Positions 27,859-37,964 of a stretch of 64,000 bases of DNA are shown here, in pieces. The number at the start of each line of letters is the position of its first letter. Position 1 is the first letter of the stretch. The notes under the pieces were generated by a model. It was not told the origin of the DNA, did not search any database, and saw nothing but the letters and a program-made list of their open reading frames with translations. This DNA comes from a virus (taxonomy: Duplodnaviria > Caudoviricetes): the IMG/VR virus record IMGVR_UViG_3300020577_002562, positions 64,001 through 128,000 of that record, one strand, 5' to 3'. The translations under genes were made by a program, and so were the position numbers.

Positions 27859-29877
27859 ATGTCTGAACTCATCACTACCGCCGGTATTGCCGCTGCTGTT
27901 GCTGCTGGCTCGTCGGGCCCACTCATTGATGTGGCTACCATTCGACTTGGTAGCGGATACAACTATACACCAACGTTGGGACAAACAGCTTTCGTTGGCA
28001 CTCAGGTGTACTCGGCAGCGCCGTCTGCGTACACCATCATTGACGCAAACACTGTCGAATTTCGGTTGACCCTAAATCCGGACTTGGGTGGATTCTCTTT
28101 CGGTGAGATTGGTTTGTTCTTGGCGGATGGTACTCTGTTTGCCATCAAGGCGCTACCGACGTTGGAAGTGAAGATCGCAGAGCCTACAGTTGGTTGGAAC
28201 GTAATTGTCTGCCGGATGCGGCTGCAATTGACCAATCTGCCGGGCCTCATCAACTGGAACTTCTACAACACCTCCATTGGCCGGATCATGGAACTGGCTA
28301 ACTGGACATTGCTGGAGGAACCAGATTCGGTTACGTTGCAATCCAATGCGTTCATTGTCCACCAGCCTGATGAATATGGTACGGAACCCCTGGTCTATCT
28401 GCATGGTACTACTTGGAATGTAAGCACGCACCAGATTGTCAAAATTGCCGCCGGCTCTAGATCAATCGTTTCTCGCACCTCGTCACAGATCGTAGCAAAC
28501 TCTAGCTTGGGTATCAGTTCCGTAGCCGCAGGACGCTACATCATTCAATTGATGACCGGTACACAAGCAGGGCAAATTCGTGCAGTCACCTCGGTTAGCG
28601 GAGCGACAGTCAACTGGTCGCCGGCGTTCAATGCGACACCCGCGTTGACTGACCAATTCGAAATTCGGGAAAGCAATTCGTACTTTGCTGCATTCTCTGC
28701 TGCAACCCAAGGTCGCCAAGTAGGCGATGTGTACTACCGCGCCGCCAACGATGTACCTGACTCGCTGTCCAAGCCTGCGGATGGTCGTCTGTTGGATCGC
28801 ACGTACTATGCAGCGTTGTTTGCTAAGATCGGAACTACGTATAGCGCAGGTGATGGTACAACCTTCGGTTTGCCTGATCTACGTGGTGTGGTCATTCGTG
28901 GTTACGATGGAGGTCGCGGTAAAGATGCTGGTCGTGTGTTTGGTTCGTATCAAGATGATGCAGTTCAGAACATTACTGGTGCGTTCAATACTGGCGGCCG
29001 TGATGTTCCTGCCGTGAGCGGAGCTTTCGCTCTAGGTGGTGGCCTAAGTGAACCTACTGCAGTATCCGACGTAGGCGCTACCGATACATCTCGTTCCATA
29101 TCATTGGATGCAAGCCGAGTTGTCAGGACTGCTTCAGAAACGCGTATGAAGAACGTGGCATTGCTGCCGTGTATCGTAGTATTGACAGGTAATGAAGTGG
29201 GCGATCCACCTGCAGACGCCATACCACTAGGTACGTTGGTGATTACACCAACCACAGCCAGTAGATCATACGCAAAAGACGCCTCTGTTGGTACAGACAC
29301 GGTAGCTACGTACACACCAACTGGAGCGGTGACTATCACCTTGACGAGCGGTACATTGGCAACTGGATTGGCAATCAGTGCTAGTGGCGGGAACATTCAA
29401 ATAACTGGTACGCCGACCGTTGCGGGGTCCACATCAGCTACCTACCACGTCTATAGTGGAACACACGAAGGATATTTTGTACTGAATGTGACGGTGATAG
29501 ACGGGTCCGTAAACATCACAGACCAAACGGTTACTGCTTATTCGATAGCTGGAGTGGCTACGGCAGGCTATAGACTGAACTCGAATGGCAAGGTTCAAAC
29601 AGAACCGTATGATCCAAACTGGACGGACGCGGAGACATGGTTGCTGACTGGAACAAACTCTTCCTTTGAAGGTCGAGCTACTCTAGTGTCTGGTGACACG
29701 CCGACCACAGGAACGCTTGCTACGTGGCAAGTTTTGAGTTCGACTAGAGCATGGACCTTGCAACAAATTGGTGGTGGCACTCTTTCTTGTCATCTGACGA
29801 TTGAGATCCGTAACGCGGGTGGCCCGGGAGTTCTAGACTCTGCGGAAGTTTACTTGACGGCTGATGTTGGTGTATGA
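27859..29877 (+). CDS. tail fibre protein with tail-collar domain
   Basis: N-terminal ITTAG...F.FGEIGLF..DGTLFA; collar motif YAALFAKIGTTY...TTFGLPDLRG...RG.D.GRG.D.GR.FGS.Q; ETRMKNVA. Confidence 0.9.
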   Translation: MSELITTAGIAAAVAAGSSGPLIDVATIRLGSGYNYTPTLGQTAFVGTQVYSAAPSAYTIIDANTVEFRLTLNPDLGGFSFGEIGLFLADGTLFAIKALPTLEVKIAEPTVGWNVIVCRMRLQLTNLPGLINWNFYNTSIGRIMELANWTLLEEPDSVTLQSNAFIVHQPDEYGTEPLVYLHGTTWNVSTHQIVKIAAGSRSIVSRTSSQIVANSSLGISSVAAGRYIIQLMTGTQAGQIRAVTSVSGATVNWSPAFNATPALTDQFEIRESNSYFAAFSAATQGRQVGDVYYRAANDVPDSLSKPADGRLLDRTYYAALFAKIGTTYSAGDGTTFGLPDLRGVVIRGYDGGRGKDAGRVFGSYQDDAVQNITGAFNTGGRDVPAVSGAFALGGGLSEPTAVSDVGATDTSRSISLDASRVVRTASETRMKNVALLPCIVVLTGNEVGDPPADAIPLGTLVITPTTASRSYAKDASVGTDTVATYTPTGAVTITLTSGTLATGLAISASGGNIQITGTPTVAGSTSATYHVYSGTHEGYFVLNVTVIDGSVNITDQTVTAYSIAGVATAGYRLNSNGKVQTEPYDPNWTDAETWLLTGTNSSFEGRATLVSGDTPTTGTLATWQVLSSTRAWTLQQIGGGTLSCHLTIEIRNAGGPGVLDSAEVYLTADVGV

Positions 29878-30683
29878 CATTCGTAAGTGGGGATAGCTGG
29901 AGATCGGTGTTTGCGAAAAACACCCTACCACAACGAGGGAACGGCTCTGCGCAAACCGTTCTCTCAGAATGGTATGCGTTGGAACGTCAAGAAGATGACA
30001 AAGGTCTTATTCACGCTTCCCACATCATTGAGTTTGAGGAGAGGTTATCCATCAGTCGCGCGACCTTTCAATATACTGATGGCTTACTTGTGTTCTCCTC
30101 TGGTGGTGTATGTTCATTTGGAGGTCTGTGGAAAACTGGTAATGAGTCACCGGAAGTAATAAGCATGCCATCATCTACGTTGGCATACGTACCGCAGGCT
30201 TTTGTTATCCGACACTCATCTCCATTGATGTTGATACTAGGTGCAGCAATGGGCTTCAGCAATGTGCGCGTAAACATACCCGCTCAAGCACCGGTAGTTG
30301 TATCTGGTAAAGTTCCACTCGCACAGTACGCACGTTCCCTCCGATTGATGTCTGTTCTGTCAAAGTTCACAGGTGCTAGTCTGAAATCGGATGTGTCAGA
30401 CCACAAGCGTATACAGCTACGTGACCCATCTTCCCAGCACTACGGACTAGCATGTGAAGCATGTGGAATGTGTGTTAAGTGCGCTATCACTTCACTTGAG
30501 AATCAGTTACTAGACAGACCATCCGCACTGAAACACCTCGAGATGGCACAGAAATTGAAGGCAGCCTGGTACGAGTACCTGGATACAGGTGCATGGTTGC
30601 AACTTGATGAGGAAGACATTGACTATCCATACATCACCTGGCTATACGAAAGTGGAGCACACTTCCGTTCATTGGTAGTCTGA
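29874..30683 (+). CDS. hypothetical protein, possible degenerate PP-loop/QueC-like fold
   Basis: VFSSGGVCS (cf. SGGxDS) and CEACGMCVKC. Confidence 0.4.
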   Translation: MTFVSGDSWRSVFAKNTLPQRGNGSAQTVLSEWYALERQEDDKGLIHASHIIEFEERLSISRATFQYTDGLLVFSSGGVCSFGGLWKTGNESPEVISMPSSTLAYVPQAFVIRHSSPLMLILGAAMGFSNVRVNIPAQAPVVVSGKVPLAQYARSLRLMSVLSKFTGASLKSDVSDHKRIQLRDPSSQHYGLACEACGMCVKCAITSLENQLLDRPSALKHLEMAQKLKAAWYEYLDTGAWLQLDEEDIDYPYITWLYESGAHFRSLVV

Positions 30684-30704
30684 CAGATTGATGTGAATGC
30701 TGAT

Positions 30705-30752
30705 GGAAAGCAAAGAGGGCAAGTGGAATTCCACTTGCCCTCTTTGCTTTCC
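30705..30752. repeat. perfect 48-bp palindrome between convergent gene blocks
   Basis: GGAAAGCAAAGAGGGCAAGTGGAA|TTCCACTTGCCCTCTTTGCTTTCC; two 24-bp arms, no spacer. Confidence 0.95.
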
Positions 30753-30774
30753 CTTCGTTACTACACCAACCACT

Positions 30775-31200
30775 TCACAGCATCACACCGTGCTTCAAAC
30801 ACATATTGTAGACCAGAGGATTCACTACGCCCCACTGCAACAGATTCTTCGGATGCGCAGCAAACTTGACACCTGACACTCGCTCTATCAATGAAGCAAA
30901 ATAGTGGAACTGAGCTGGTCTGTAGTCAAGTAGATGCACTACACTGACGTAGCCTATCACATGCTTCTTGACTTGATGTACCTTCCACATCTGTAGATTC
31001 GACGGCCAATCGTCTCCCGGTAACCATGACACCTTGCAACCACGATTAAGTTCTCTGGATAGATCTACCAGTGAGTGTGATCCACACCGTGAGCACTTCC
31101 ACTGTCTGTTTGAATGACCCTCATGCGGCATCCAAAGACATGGATCAGCGACAGGCATTATCTTATGGTGACACAGTATTGGTGGAAGAACGCGGTGCAT
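30775..31200 (-). CDS. hypothetical protein
   Basis: GAGGT RBS. Confidence 0.5.
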   Translation of the reverse strand: MHRVLPPILCHHKIMPVADPCLWMPHEGHSNRQWKCSRCGSHSLVDLSRELNRGCKVSWLPGDDWPSNLQMWKVHQVKKHVIGYVSVVHLLDYRPAQFHYFASLIERVSGVKFAAHPKNLLQWGVVNPLVYNMCLKHGVML

Positions 31201-31220
31201 AGCAACCTCGAACTGGCTAG

Positions 31221-31583
31221 CTAGACTACTCTGTAGCCAATCACTATGCCCTGGTAGTTGGTAGACCTTGACGCTCCAGCATTGATGGTAAACCTCTGGC
31301 TACCCTTTACGAACAGAACAGTGCCTTTGGCTTTGCTCCGCTCTTTCAAGTAGCCCATACGCAAGAACGAGTTGACCACTGTGTCAGACGGAATGAACAT
31401 CTGCCTAGAACGTTCACTACCAGTTGGCTTCCAAAGTTGAAGTGAGAACGTACTGTCGTCGCGGGCATTGATCACTACAGTACGTCCACCATCAGGGGCT
31501 TCAGTGTCCATCACCACTGTTGCTCCCAACTTCTTCAGCGTGCGGATCAGTACGTTGCAGTCATCTTGCTTTAGTTGTCGCAT
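31221..31583 (-). CDS. hypothetical protein
   Basis: Packed minus-strand ORF. Confidence 0.55.
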   Translation of the reverse strand: MRQLKQDDCNVLIRTLKKLGATVVMDTEAPDGGRTVVINARDDSTFSLQLWKPTGSERSRQMFIPSDTVVNSFLRMGYLKERSKAKGTVLFVKGSQRFTINAGASRSTNYQGIVIGYRVV

Positions 31584-31614
31584 GATCTTAGTTCCACTGT
31601 TTACCTGTTCTGGT

Positions 31615-33072
31615 TTACGGTGCAGGAAATACTTGGATCAACAGCATACCTTGGATCACGTAGTCTGTGGCAGCCGTGTTGTTGTAGTCAGCCGAGGTCA
31701 CGTTTATGTCATTGGAGGTGTTGATAGTTGCCATAACCGGCGCATTGTTGTTAGTGCCGTCTGCCAAACTACCTCCGATCCAGTTGACCGCTGCGTTGTT
31801 TATATTCTTGACGAACGAACGGTCCTGTCTGGTGACGTTCGTCGTCATAGACGCATTGTAGATGGTTGTGCCTGCATACCGAAGGCCATTTGTCTTCGTG
31901 TTGGCATTGTTGACGGTGTGCCAATCCCTAGTGGCATGGATAGTTCCGTTTGGCCCAACCAGTCCACCTGGAATCTGAATCCCAGTAGCTGTCGGCGCTA
32001 CTTGTCCATAGCCGATTAGATTCTGCGCGTTGCCAGAACCAGTAACCTGTGTGATAGAACCCCCGACGGAGAAGTTGAACGCCGAAGACCCCGGACCAGC
32101 AGTAAACAACGTTCCTACTGTAGTAGTCGTCATCACTACCCAATACCAACCTGATGGCACCGCGGGTGTTGTGCCGGCAGCGGCTGCGCCCCACCACACC
32201 CAAAGACCAGATGTGTAGGCAACTGGTAGAGCTGTAGCGAACGTAAGATGTCCAGATGAACCAGTACCGATGGTCACGTTGCACCCAACCATACGGAAGT
32301 CTGGATCCCTAAACGTCACAACACCAGATACCGGCAACCACATTGTTCCATTCGACTGGAACTGCTGGTAGATTCTGTAGGTGTTGTCATGAATCGAGAT
32401 GATCGCCCCAGTGCCAGCGGCCGCTGCGCTTGGCTTGCTGGACCAGGTGTATGTCACTGGCTGCGGGTCTCCACGCATGACATATTGAGATCCTGTCCAC
32501 TGGAACTCAATCATCACGGTGCTGGAAGCTGGCACCAGCATTGTACTGACCGTTGCCTGCCTCTTCTCGCTGTAAACAGACGCAGGCAATGTCACTGTAC
32601 GGGCTGTACCGTCAGTGGTCAACCTCCAGTAGAAGAATTGCGGTGAAGATGCGGGGGCGCCGCTGAAGGTGACCGTCGTGTCGGCTGCGATGGACTGCAC
32701 ATTCAGTGCTTGGCTCAACGTACTCAGAACATTGCCTGACACGTTGTTCTGAATCAATGCCCCACCAAACGGAATGTATCCACCAACACCATCTGCTTGA
32801 CCATAGACACCGTAGGTCGGATCAGTCAGTAGCGTTCCTAGAGTCTTGCCAGCAGTAGAGGTACCTCTAGTTACCGCCGCAGTAGACGCCGAACGTCCCT
32901 GGACCAAGCCAGCCAACTTGATAACACCCGCAGTAATAGCGCTAGCAACCGCCACTTCGTCTGCTGTACCTTCCAACACGGTAATGTTGGTTACCTTGTC
33001 CGGGTGAACTTGCTGACCGGCAATTGCAAGATTGCTAGCTGCTGTTATAACTGGATAGACTAGAAGTCCCAT
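31615..33072 (-). CDS. putative virion appendage/fibre protein
   Basis: Thr/Gly/Ala-rich beta protein, preceded by CTAATTTCA; N-terminus resembles that of 35920..36537. Confidence 0.6.
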   Translation of the reverse strand: MGLLVYPVITAASNLAIAGQQVHPDKVTNITVLEGTADEVAVASAITAGVIKLAGLVQGRSASTAAVTRGTSTAGKTLGTLLTDPTYGVYGQADGVGGYIPFGGALIQNNVSGNVLSTLSQALNVQSIAADTTVTFSGAPASSPQFFYWRLTTDGTARTVTLPASVYSEKRQATVSTMLVPASSTVMIEFQWTGSQYVMRGDPQPVTYTWSSKPSAAAAGTGAIISIHDNTYRIYQQFQSNGTMWLPVSGVVTFRDPDFRMVGCNVTIGTGSSGHLTFATALPVAYTSGLWVWWGAAAAGTTPAVPSGWYWVVMTTTTVGTLFTAGPGSSAFNFSVGGSITQVTGSGNAQNLIGYGQVAPTATGIQIPGGLVGPNGTIHATRDWHTVNNANTKTNGLRYAGTTIYNASMTTNVTRQDRSFVKNINNAAVNWIGGSLADGTNNNAPVMATINTSNDINVTSADYNNTAATDYVIQGMLLIQVFPAP

Positions 33073-33118
33073 GATTCGTTCCTGTGAAGTGGAGACAGTA
33101 GAGCGTTTGCTGTCAGAG

Positions 33119-33127
33119 TGAAATTAG
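33119..33127 (-). promoter_or_regulatory. candidate late promoter CTAATTTCA
   Basis: Intergenic, about 47 bp upstream of start 33072. Confidence 0.55.
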
Positions 33128-33148
33128 AGTGCACACGTAATCATGTAA

Positions 33149-35908
33149 TCACCGAACAAGCAGACGGGGATGTTGCGGTTGCACATACAGAAAGCCGCCA
33201 GAGAAGCTATCACCAGGGGCTACCAATTGTTGCGTAACTCCGTTAACCTGTTGGTAAACTCCTTGGCCAGAAGTCATAGCTAACTTGACCTCTAGACCGT
33301 CTCGCAAGACAAATCCAGGCTGAACTTCAGCAGACAAGCTAGAACTGTACCCTTGATCCAACAGATGCTGTCTAGTTGTGGTCAGCATGGCGAACTGCTG
33401 ATTTTCATCTCGTGGATAGCAGAATGTGTAGACCCTACTCTTTCCGATCCCAAGCGCTAGACCGTCTTCACTTGCCCACACCACTACACCGTACCAGTGA
33501 AAGCCATCTTTGACGCTGACTTGCATCTTGTTCAACGTCAAACCAGCGCCAGGTATACGCCCCAACACCATATGGAAGGTTGGAGTCTCTACTGTGATGT
33601 ATCCAGTGTTTCTATGAACCAGCACCTTACAAACAGCCGCGTTAGTCTTGTCGCCGGCCGTCTGCCCAGCACCTGCCAATGCGTAGGTAACATTGGTCTG
33701 CGCAGCCACGCTCTGGATGTCATACCGAAGTCTTGCGTGAATGTAGGACCAATACTGACCGTCCTCACCAGCAAGCTCCAAGGTACTGACTAGAGCCGAA
33801 TAACCGGGCGTCGGTTGGTATCCGGAGATGTTGTCGGCCTTCGCGTAATGGTCATACAGAATCGGTAACGTAGCAACCGTCTTGTCTTCGGTTGTCAGTT
33901 TGCTGATTCCACCATATCTGTTCATCAGGGTGATGATCTCAGCCATTAGCCAGTAGTTGTTGGCTTGGAAATTGTGATCACCCCCTGCTTGCATAGGCCA
34001 AGTAGCATTGATGAAGCAGAACCAATAGAACCCACTTGTGTTCTGCAACAGTCCATAGAGATTCACTAGGAACCAATGTTGACAGTGGCCCAACACGGAC
34101 AAGCCGTTGACCCCTGTCTCAGTACACATAGCTGGCTTGTTGGTCAGCGTGGTCCCCTTGCGGAACGTTATCGAGTATATGGATCCTAGAGAGGTTGCGT
34201 CACCAGATGCGCTTCCTGTGAAGTCAACATTCTGCATGGTGCCGTTCACATTCGCATGAACGCGTGTATTGGCAGTGTCCGACGCAAAGTTGGCATGCAA
34301 TGCGCTATAGTTAACAGCATGGGCAGGTAAAACCACGGAACAGGTCCCAGAGTACGCCGGGTCTGAAGAGGTTGCCGTAAACTGTGTGGTGGCTTGTGTA
34401 GCTATGGTAACTTGCTCGGACCAGATATACGCCCACGTCACCGTCCCGTCTGCAATACTGGCTCCAGTTCCAATTGGACCTGCACCAGTTGCTGCGGTTG
34501 TGCCGCCAGTAGTGGCCTTGTAGACGCGATTGTCATTCGTCAGGCAGAAGTTGCCTGTCGAGAAAGCCTTGTTTGGACGCCACCGGGATACGTTGGCTGA
34601 CGTGTACGTGTTGTCTTTGACCACGCGGACTGGTTGACCTACCACAAGACCGTGTGTCGTGTCAATGCCAGATATACCTGTCACAGTCAATGTGCCAGCC
34701 GCCCAACTCATGGACGTAGCAGTAGTCGTCTGCCAGTTACCGTTGCGGACTAATGAACCGTCCGATGGGTAGTGATAGCAGTGGACATCCAAGATGTCCG
34801 AAACGCTACCCGCATAGTGACCAATGTACCCACTCTGACCAGCAGAGTATAGATGATGCGGGCTCAATGTCTTCAGATAGTCCCGAAGCTCTGTATTGAG
34901 GTCTCTCTCCAGTTCTTCCCAGAACTGAGCTATACGCATGCGTTCCGTATAGTATGGCTCTGTTGTTGAGGCTGCACCTACGTTGCTCTTGAAGGATTTG
35001 GCAGATCGATCTGCTATGCCAGAGCCCGTTGTGCTTGTATACGCATACGTTGGCATATAGGTGATTGGCGTCCCGCCGTATGTCGGACCGCTACCGAAGG
35101 TAGCTGTGTGCCACGCCACGAATTTCGCATCGATGGCGGCTACATACGTGCTATTCGGGGAGCCACCTGTCTGCACCATCTTGTCAAATGTACTACTGGT
35201 GGGACTTGAGATGTTAGATGTGTTGTAGTAGAACTGGTAGACTCCCATTTCATTGAATGGGTTGATCGAGAACAGCGTGTATTCACTTCCATAAGTCCTA
35301 CCGGTGTACTTGTTGACCCGGTTAAGAAACACCGCCATATGATCTTTGACGGCCTGCTTAACGTTTGGTGTGCCGTTTGTACCGTCGAACCACCATAGAC
35401 CAATCCACTTCGAGTTGGCGCTGCCGTTCGGGGCGGTGAACCCGCGGTTCTGCATGACCAACCCCCATTGGTCAAAGCGAAGAGATATATAGAGCCCACG
35501 TTCGGTACAAGCTTTCCAGAAGTAGTCCCAACCACAAGCACCCGCCACGTCACCCGACCAAAACGCGTCTACGTATGCGGTTGCGCTGGCATCGGACCAG
35601 CAACCGGACTGTCTACCGGCTAGACTCCCGCTCGGCACAACAGACACAGCATCAAATTCCATCAAACAGATCGAGTTGATGCCGTACTTAACAAGCGAAT
35701 TCAAGGCATCGTCGACCGATGACTTGTCAGGTGTGCAGCTCATGTTACCGAAAGACTGCCCTGTCATTAGTAAGCCGTGCAGTCTAAAGGGAGATCCGTT
35801 CAGCAGAAGAGATTCACCATTGGCGACCAGTGGTGTTGTGACAGGTGACACTGACGTCAGGTCAATGCCAAGCAGTGGTTCATTGTCAAAGCGGTAACGT
35901 GTCCACAT
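33149..35908 (-). CDS. clan GH-A (GH5-like) glycoside hydrolase / depolymerase with inserted binding modules
   Basis: NGSPFRLHG, YGINSI, RVNKYTGRTY, NPFNE (acid/base), DVHCY, KPAMCTETG (nucleophile); inserted WRPNKAF...RVYKATTGGTT...DGTVTW module. Confidence 0.72.
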   Translation of the reverse strand: MWTRYRFDNEPLLGIDLTSVSPVTTPLVANGESLLLNGSPFRLHGLLMTGQSFGNMSCTPDKSSVDDALNSLVKYGINSICLMEFDAVSVVPSGSLAGRQSGCWSDASATAYVDAFWSGDVAGACGWDYFWKACTERGLYISLRFDQWGLVMQNRGFTAPNGSANSKWIGLWWFDGTNGTPNVKQAVKDHMAVFLNRVNKYTGRTYGSEYTLFSINPFNEMGVYQFYYNTSNISSPTSSTFDKMVQTGGSPNSTYVAAIDAKFVAWHTATFGSGPTYGGTPITYMPTYAYTSTTGSGIADRSAKSFKSNVGAASTTEPYYTERMRIAQFWEELERDLNTELRDYLKTLSPHHLYSAGQSGYIGHYAGSVSDILDVHCYHYPSDGSLVRNGNWQTTTATSMSWAAGTLTVTGISGIDTTHGLVVGQPVRVVKDNTYTSANVSRWRPNKAFSTGNFCLTNDNRVYKATTGGTTAATGAGPIGTGASIADGTVTWAYIWSEQVTIATQATTQFTATSSDPAYSGTCSVVLPAHAVNYSALHANFASDTANTRVHANVNGTMQNVDFTGSASGDATSLGSIYSITFRKGTTLTNKPAMCTETGVNGLSVLGHCQHWFLVNLYGLLQNTSGFYWFCFINATWPMQAGGDHNFQANNYWLMAEIITLMNRYGGISKLTTEDKTVATLPILYDHYAKADNISGYQPTPGYSALVSTLELAGEDGQYWSYIHARLRYDIQSVAAQTNVTYALAGAGQTAGDKTNAAVCKVLVHRNTGYITVETPTFHMVLGRIPGAGLTLNKMQVSVKDGFHWYGVVVWASEDGLALGIGKSRVYTFCYPRDENQQFAMLTTTRQHLLDQGYSSSLSAEVQPGFVLRDGLEVKLAMTSGQGVYQQVNGVTQQLVAPGDSFSGGFLYVQPQHPRLLVR

Positions 35909-35919
35909 GGTTCAGGCAC

Positions 35920-36537
35920 TCACTGGTAGAAGAGGACGAATGAGCCTGTGCCACTAACGTCAGCGTACAGGCCGCTGATGGAATCCGTAGCGATTGTAGC
36001 GGCAGCATACGGTGTGTTCACACTCAAAGACAGCGCTGACCACCCTGTCAGTGCAGGAGCACCGCCGGAAGTTCCGTTCCTAAGAGTGATGGTTGCTGTG
36101 CCGCTCACCATCACCAAAGAATACACTTTTGCCGGCCCGCTCTTGATAAGCGTTGACGCCGAAAAAGACACTGTAGAGATAACGTCACTAGCCGAGGTGA
36201 GCGATCTGTACGTACTGGTCGTCAGCGGAATATAGACTGTTGAGCCTACTCGATATAACGAGTAGAGTGATAGACCGCTAGCGGCAACGAGTGCCGCTAG
36301 CTGGGCTGCTGTTACGTCTGTGATCAGCAGAGACGAAACGTTCTGAACGTTGTTCCCAGGAGTCAACCCACGAATCTGAAGACCTCCGATGGAGTTCTGA
36401 CGCAGAAGTTCTGTCTCCTCTGCTGATCCATCTACTACCGAGATCGTCTTATACCCAACGTTGGGTGCAAGTTTGTTGGTTCCGATCCAAATGATGGATT
36501 GGCCGGGATTCAGTACATCGTAGGTGGCGATTGACAT
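35920..36537 (-). CDS. putative virion structural protein
   Basis: AGGA RBS; beta-rich C-terminus; N-terminal domain shared with 31615..33072. Confidence 0.55.
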   Translation of the reverse strand: MSIATYDVLNPGQSIIWIGTNKLAPNVGYKTISVVDGSAEETELLRQNSIGGLQIRGLTPGNNVQNVSSLLITDVTAAQLAALVAASGLSLYSLYRVGSTVYIPLTTSTYRSLTSASDVISTVSFSASTLIKSGPAKVYSLVMVSGTATITLRNGTSGGAPALTGWSALSLSVNTPYAAATIATDSISGLYADVSGTGSFVLFYQ

Positions 36538-36560
36538 GAGTTGGTCCTAGTGAATGTGGA

Positions 36561-37148
36561 TTACCGCTTGGTGAGGGTTACGTGAAGATCCAACACTGAG
36601 TTGTTGTAGAACTTGACCGCCTCGGTTTGGTATTGCTGGTTACGAACAGAAACATCTTGGTCCAGAATGTAGCCGTATCCGAAATCGAAATCACACGTCA
36701 TTTCGTATGTACCGTGGGTCAGACGGTTGGCAGTACGCCAATTCTTGTTGAAGTACAGGAAGCTAGACTCGCACACTGGCGGCCACTCATGATTGAAGTC
36801 CTGCACCGAACGCATGCTGCTCCAATACGGGACAATGACAACCATTTGTCCGCCCGGTTGCAACACGCGATAGGCTTCGTCCATGAATCGAGGCCGAAGC
36901 AACGCTGGGATATGCTCGAAGAAATGGGAGCAGTGAAGGAGCTTGGCACACCCCTCTGCCACCGGCCATGGGAACTGAAGCAGATCGAAAACGTGATCGG
37001 TCGAATTGGTCTTGAACTTGTCAATGCCAATGAAGCCTTCACGCTTGCTATCTCCGCAAGCCAAGTCGAGTTGAAGGTCTTTTCCTTCCAACAGAAGTCC
37101 GGCAGAGGCGCTGGGTGTATCGGCTGGAACAAGATTCTCTGTAGTCAT
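36561..37148 (-). CDS. class I SAM-dependent methyltransferase
   Basis: LDLACG...GFIGID, SHFFEHI, EAYRVLQPGG. Confidence 0.88.
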   Translation of the reverse strand: MTTENLVPADTPSASAGLLLEGKDLQLDLACGDSKREGFIGIDKFKTNSTDHVFDLLQFPWPVAEGCAKLLHCSHFFEHIPALLRPRFMDEAYRVLQPGGQMVVIVPYWSSMRSVQDFNHEWPPVCESSFLYFNKNWRTANRLTHGTYEMTCDFDFGYGYILDQDVSVRNQQYQTEAVKFYNNSVLDLHVTLTKR

Positions 37149-37208
37149 GGTGCTGATTACCGTGGTTAGATTGATGGTTTTACCGTTGTCTGATTGAGTA
37201 GGCTCGGC

Positions 37209-37931
37209 CTACCACATGGTATCAGACTGAAGATCGTAGTGTCCGACTTTGATGGAACAGTCGATGGCACAACGATAGCCGTGCTTCTTGGCATCCGCCC
37301 AGAAGTACAGATCTTGGGTGGACACGCCTTCTGTAGAGCTAGCCGTAGTCTTGAACCACGGTTTACGAAGACGCTCGTCCTTGAACATCGAAAGTCTGAA
37401 TGCGGTGAACCCCATGCCGGTGCCGTTGCACTCAACTAGACCCCCATTCGGATCAGGTCGGCATGGCTTAAAGTTCAGTGGATGCTCGTGAGGGTTGCCC
37501 CAAATCTGAGGCTGTCCACCAAACCCCTTCGTAAAGTACAAGCCACCAATGGCAGCAAACTCTGGGTGGTTCTCCATCTGCGACAGCAATCGTACAACAC
37601 CATCAGGTGGTGGTGCGTTGTCGTGCTCCATCATCAGCAGATACTTGAAATTAGCCAGATCTGGGTTCGCCAGTATGGCAGTGATGGTTCTGCTGTACGC
37701 GTCACCCACTTCCATGTTCAGCGGCCAGAAGCGTGCATACTTTTGGTTGGGTGGTGTAAACAGTTGTATCCAAGCCGCCACCACTTTGGTTGGTACCTGA
37801 CCGAACGCTGGAACAATCTGGATGCAGCTCAAGTCTTTGTAGGCTGCTGTTTGTTCCAAGCGTTGCATCGTCGCATCCAAGTCTCGGTTGTGGATGCCTG
37901 GATCATATGAGCTGACGATTTGCGGTTCCAT
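37209..37931 (-). CDS. GT-A fold (GT2-like) glycosyltransferase
   Basis: YLLMMEHDN (DxD-like), GGLYF, GTGMGF...F....PWF, QDLYFW..AKKHGY...D.SIKVGH. Confidence 0.8.
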   Translation of the reverse strand: MEPQIVSSYDPGIHNRDLDATMQRLEQTAAYKDLSCIQIVPAFGQVPTKVVAAWIQLFTPPNQKYARFWPLNMEVGDAYSRTITAILANPDLANFKYLLMMEHDNAPPPDGVVRLLSQMENHPEFAAIGGLYFTKGFGGQPQIWGNPHEHPLNFKPCRPDPNGGLVECNGTGMGFTAFRLSMFKDERLRKPWFKTTASSTEGVSTQDLYFWADAKKHGYRCAIDCSIKVGHYDLQSDTMW

Positions 37932-37964
37932 GACTTGCGTGTTCCCGTATCTTGGGGTTGAAGA

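Noticed and set aside
29874-30683. Genuine QueC and 7-deazaguanine DNA modification
   Set aside because: PP-loop is degenerate and no folE, queD, queE or dpdA gene is seen in the window
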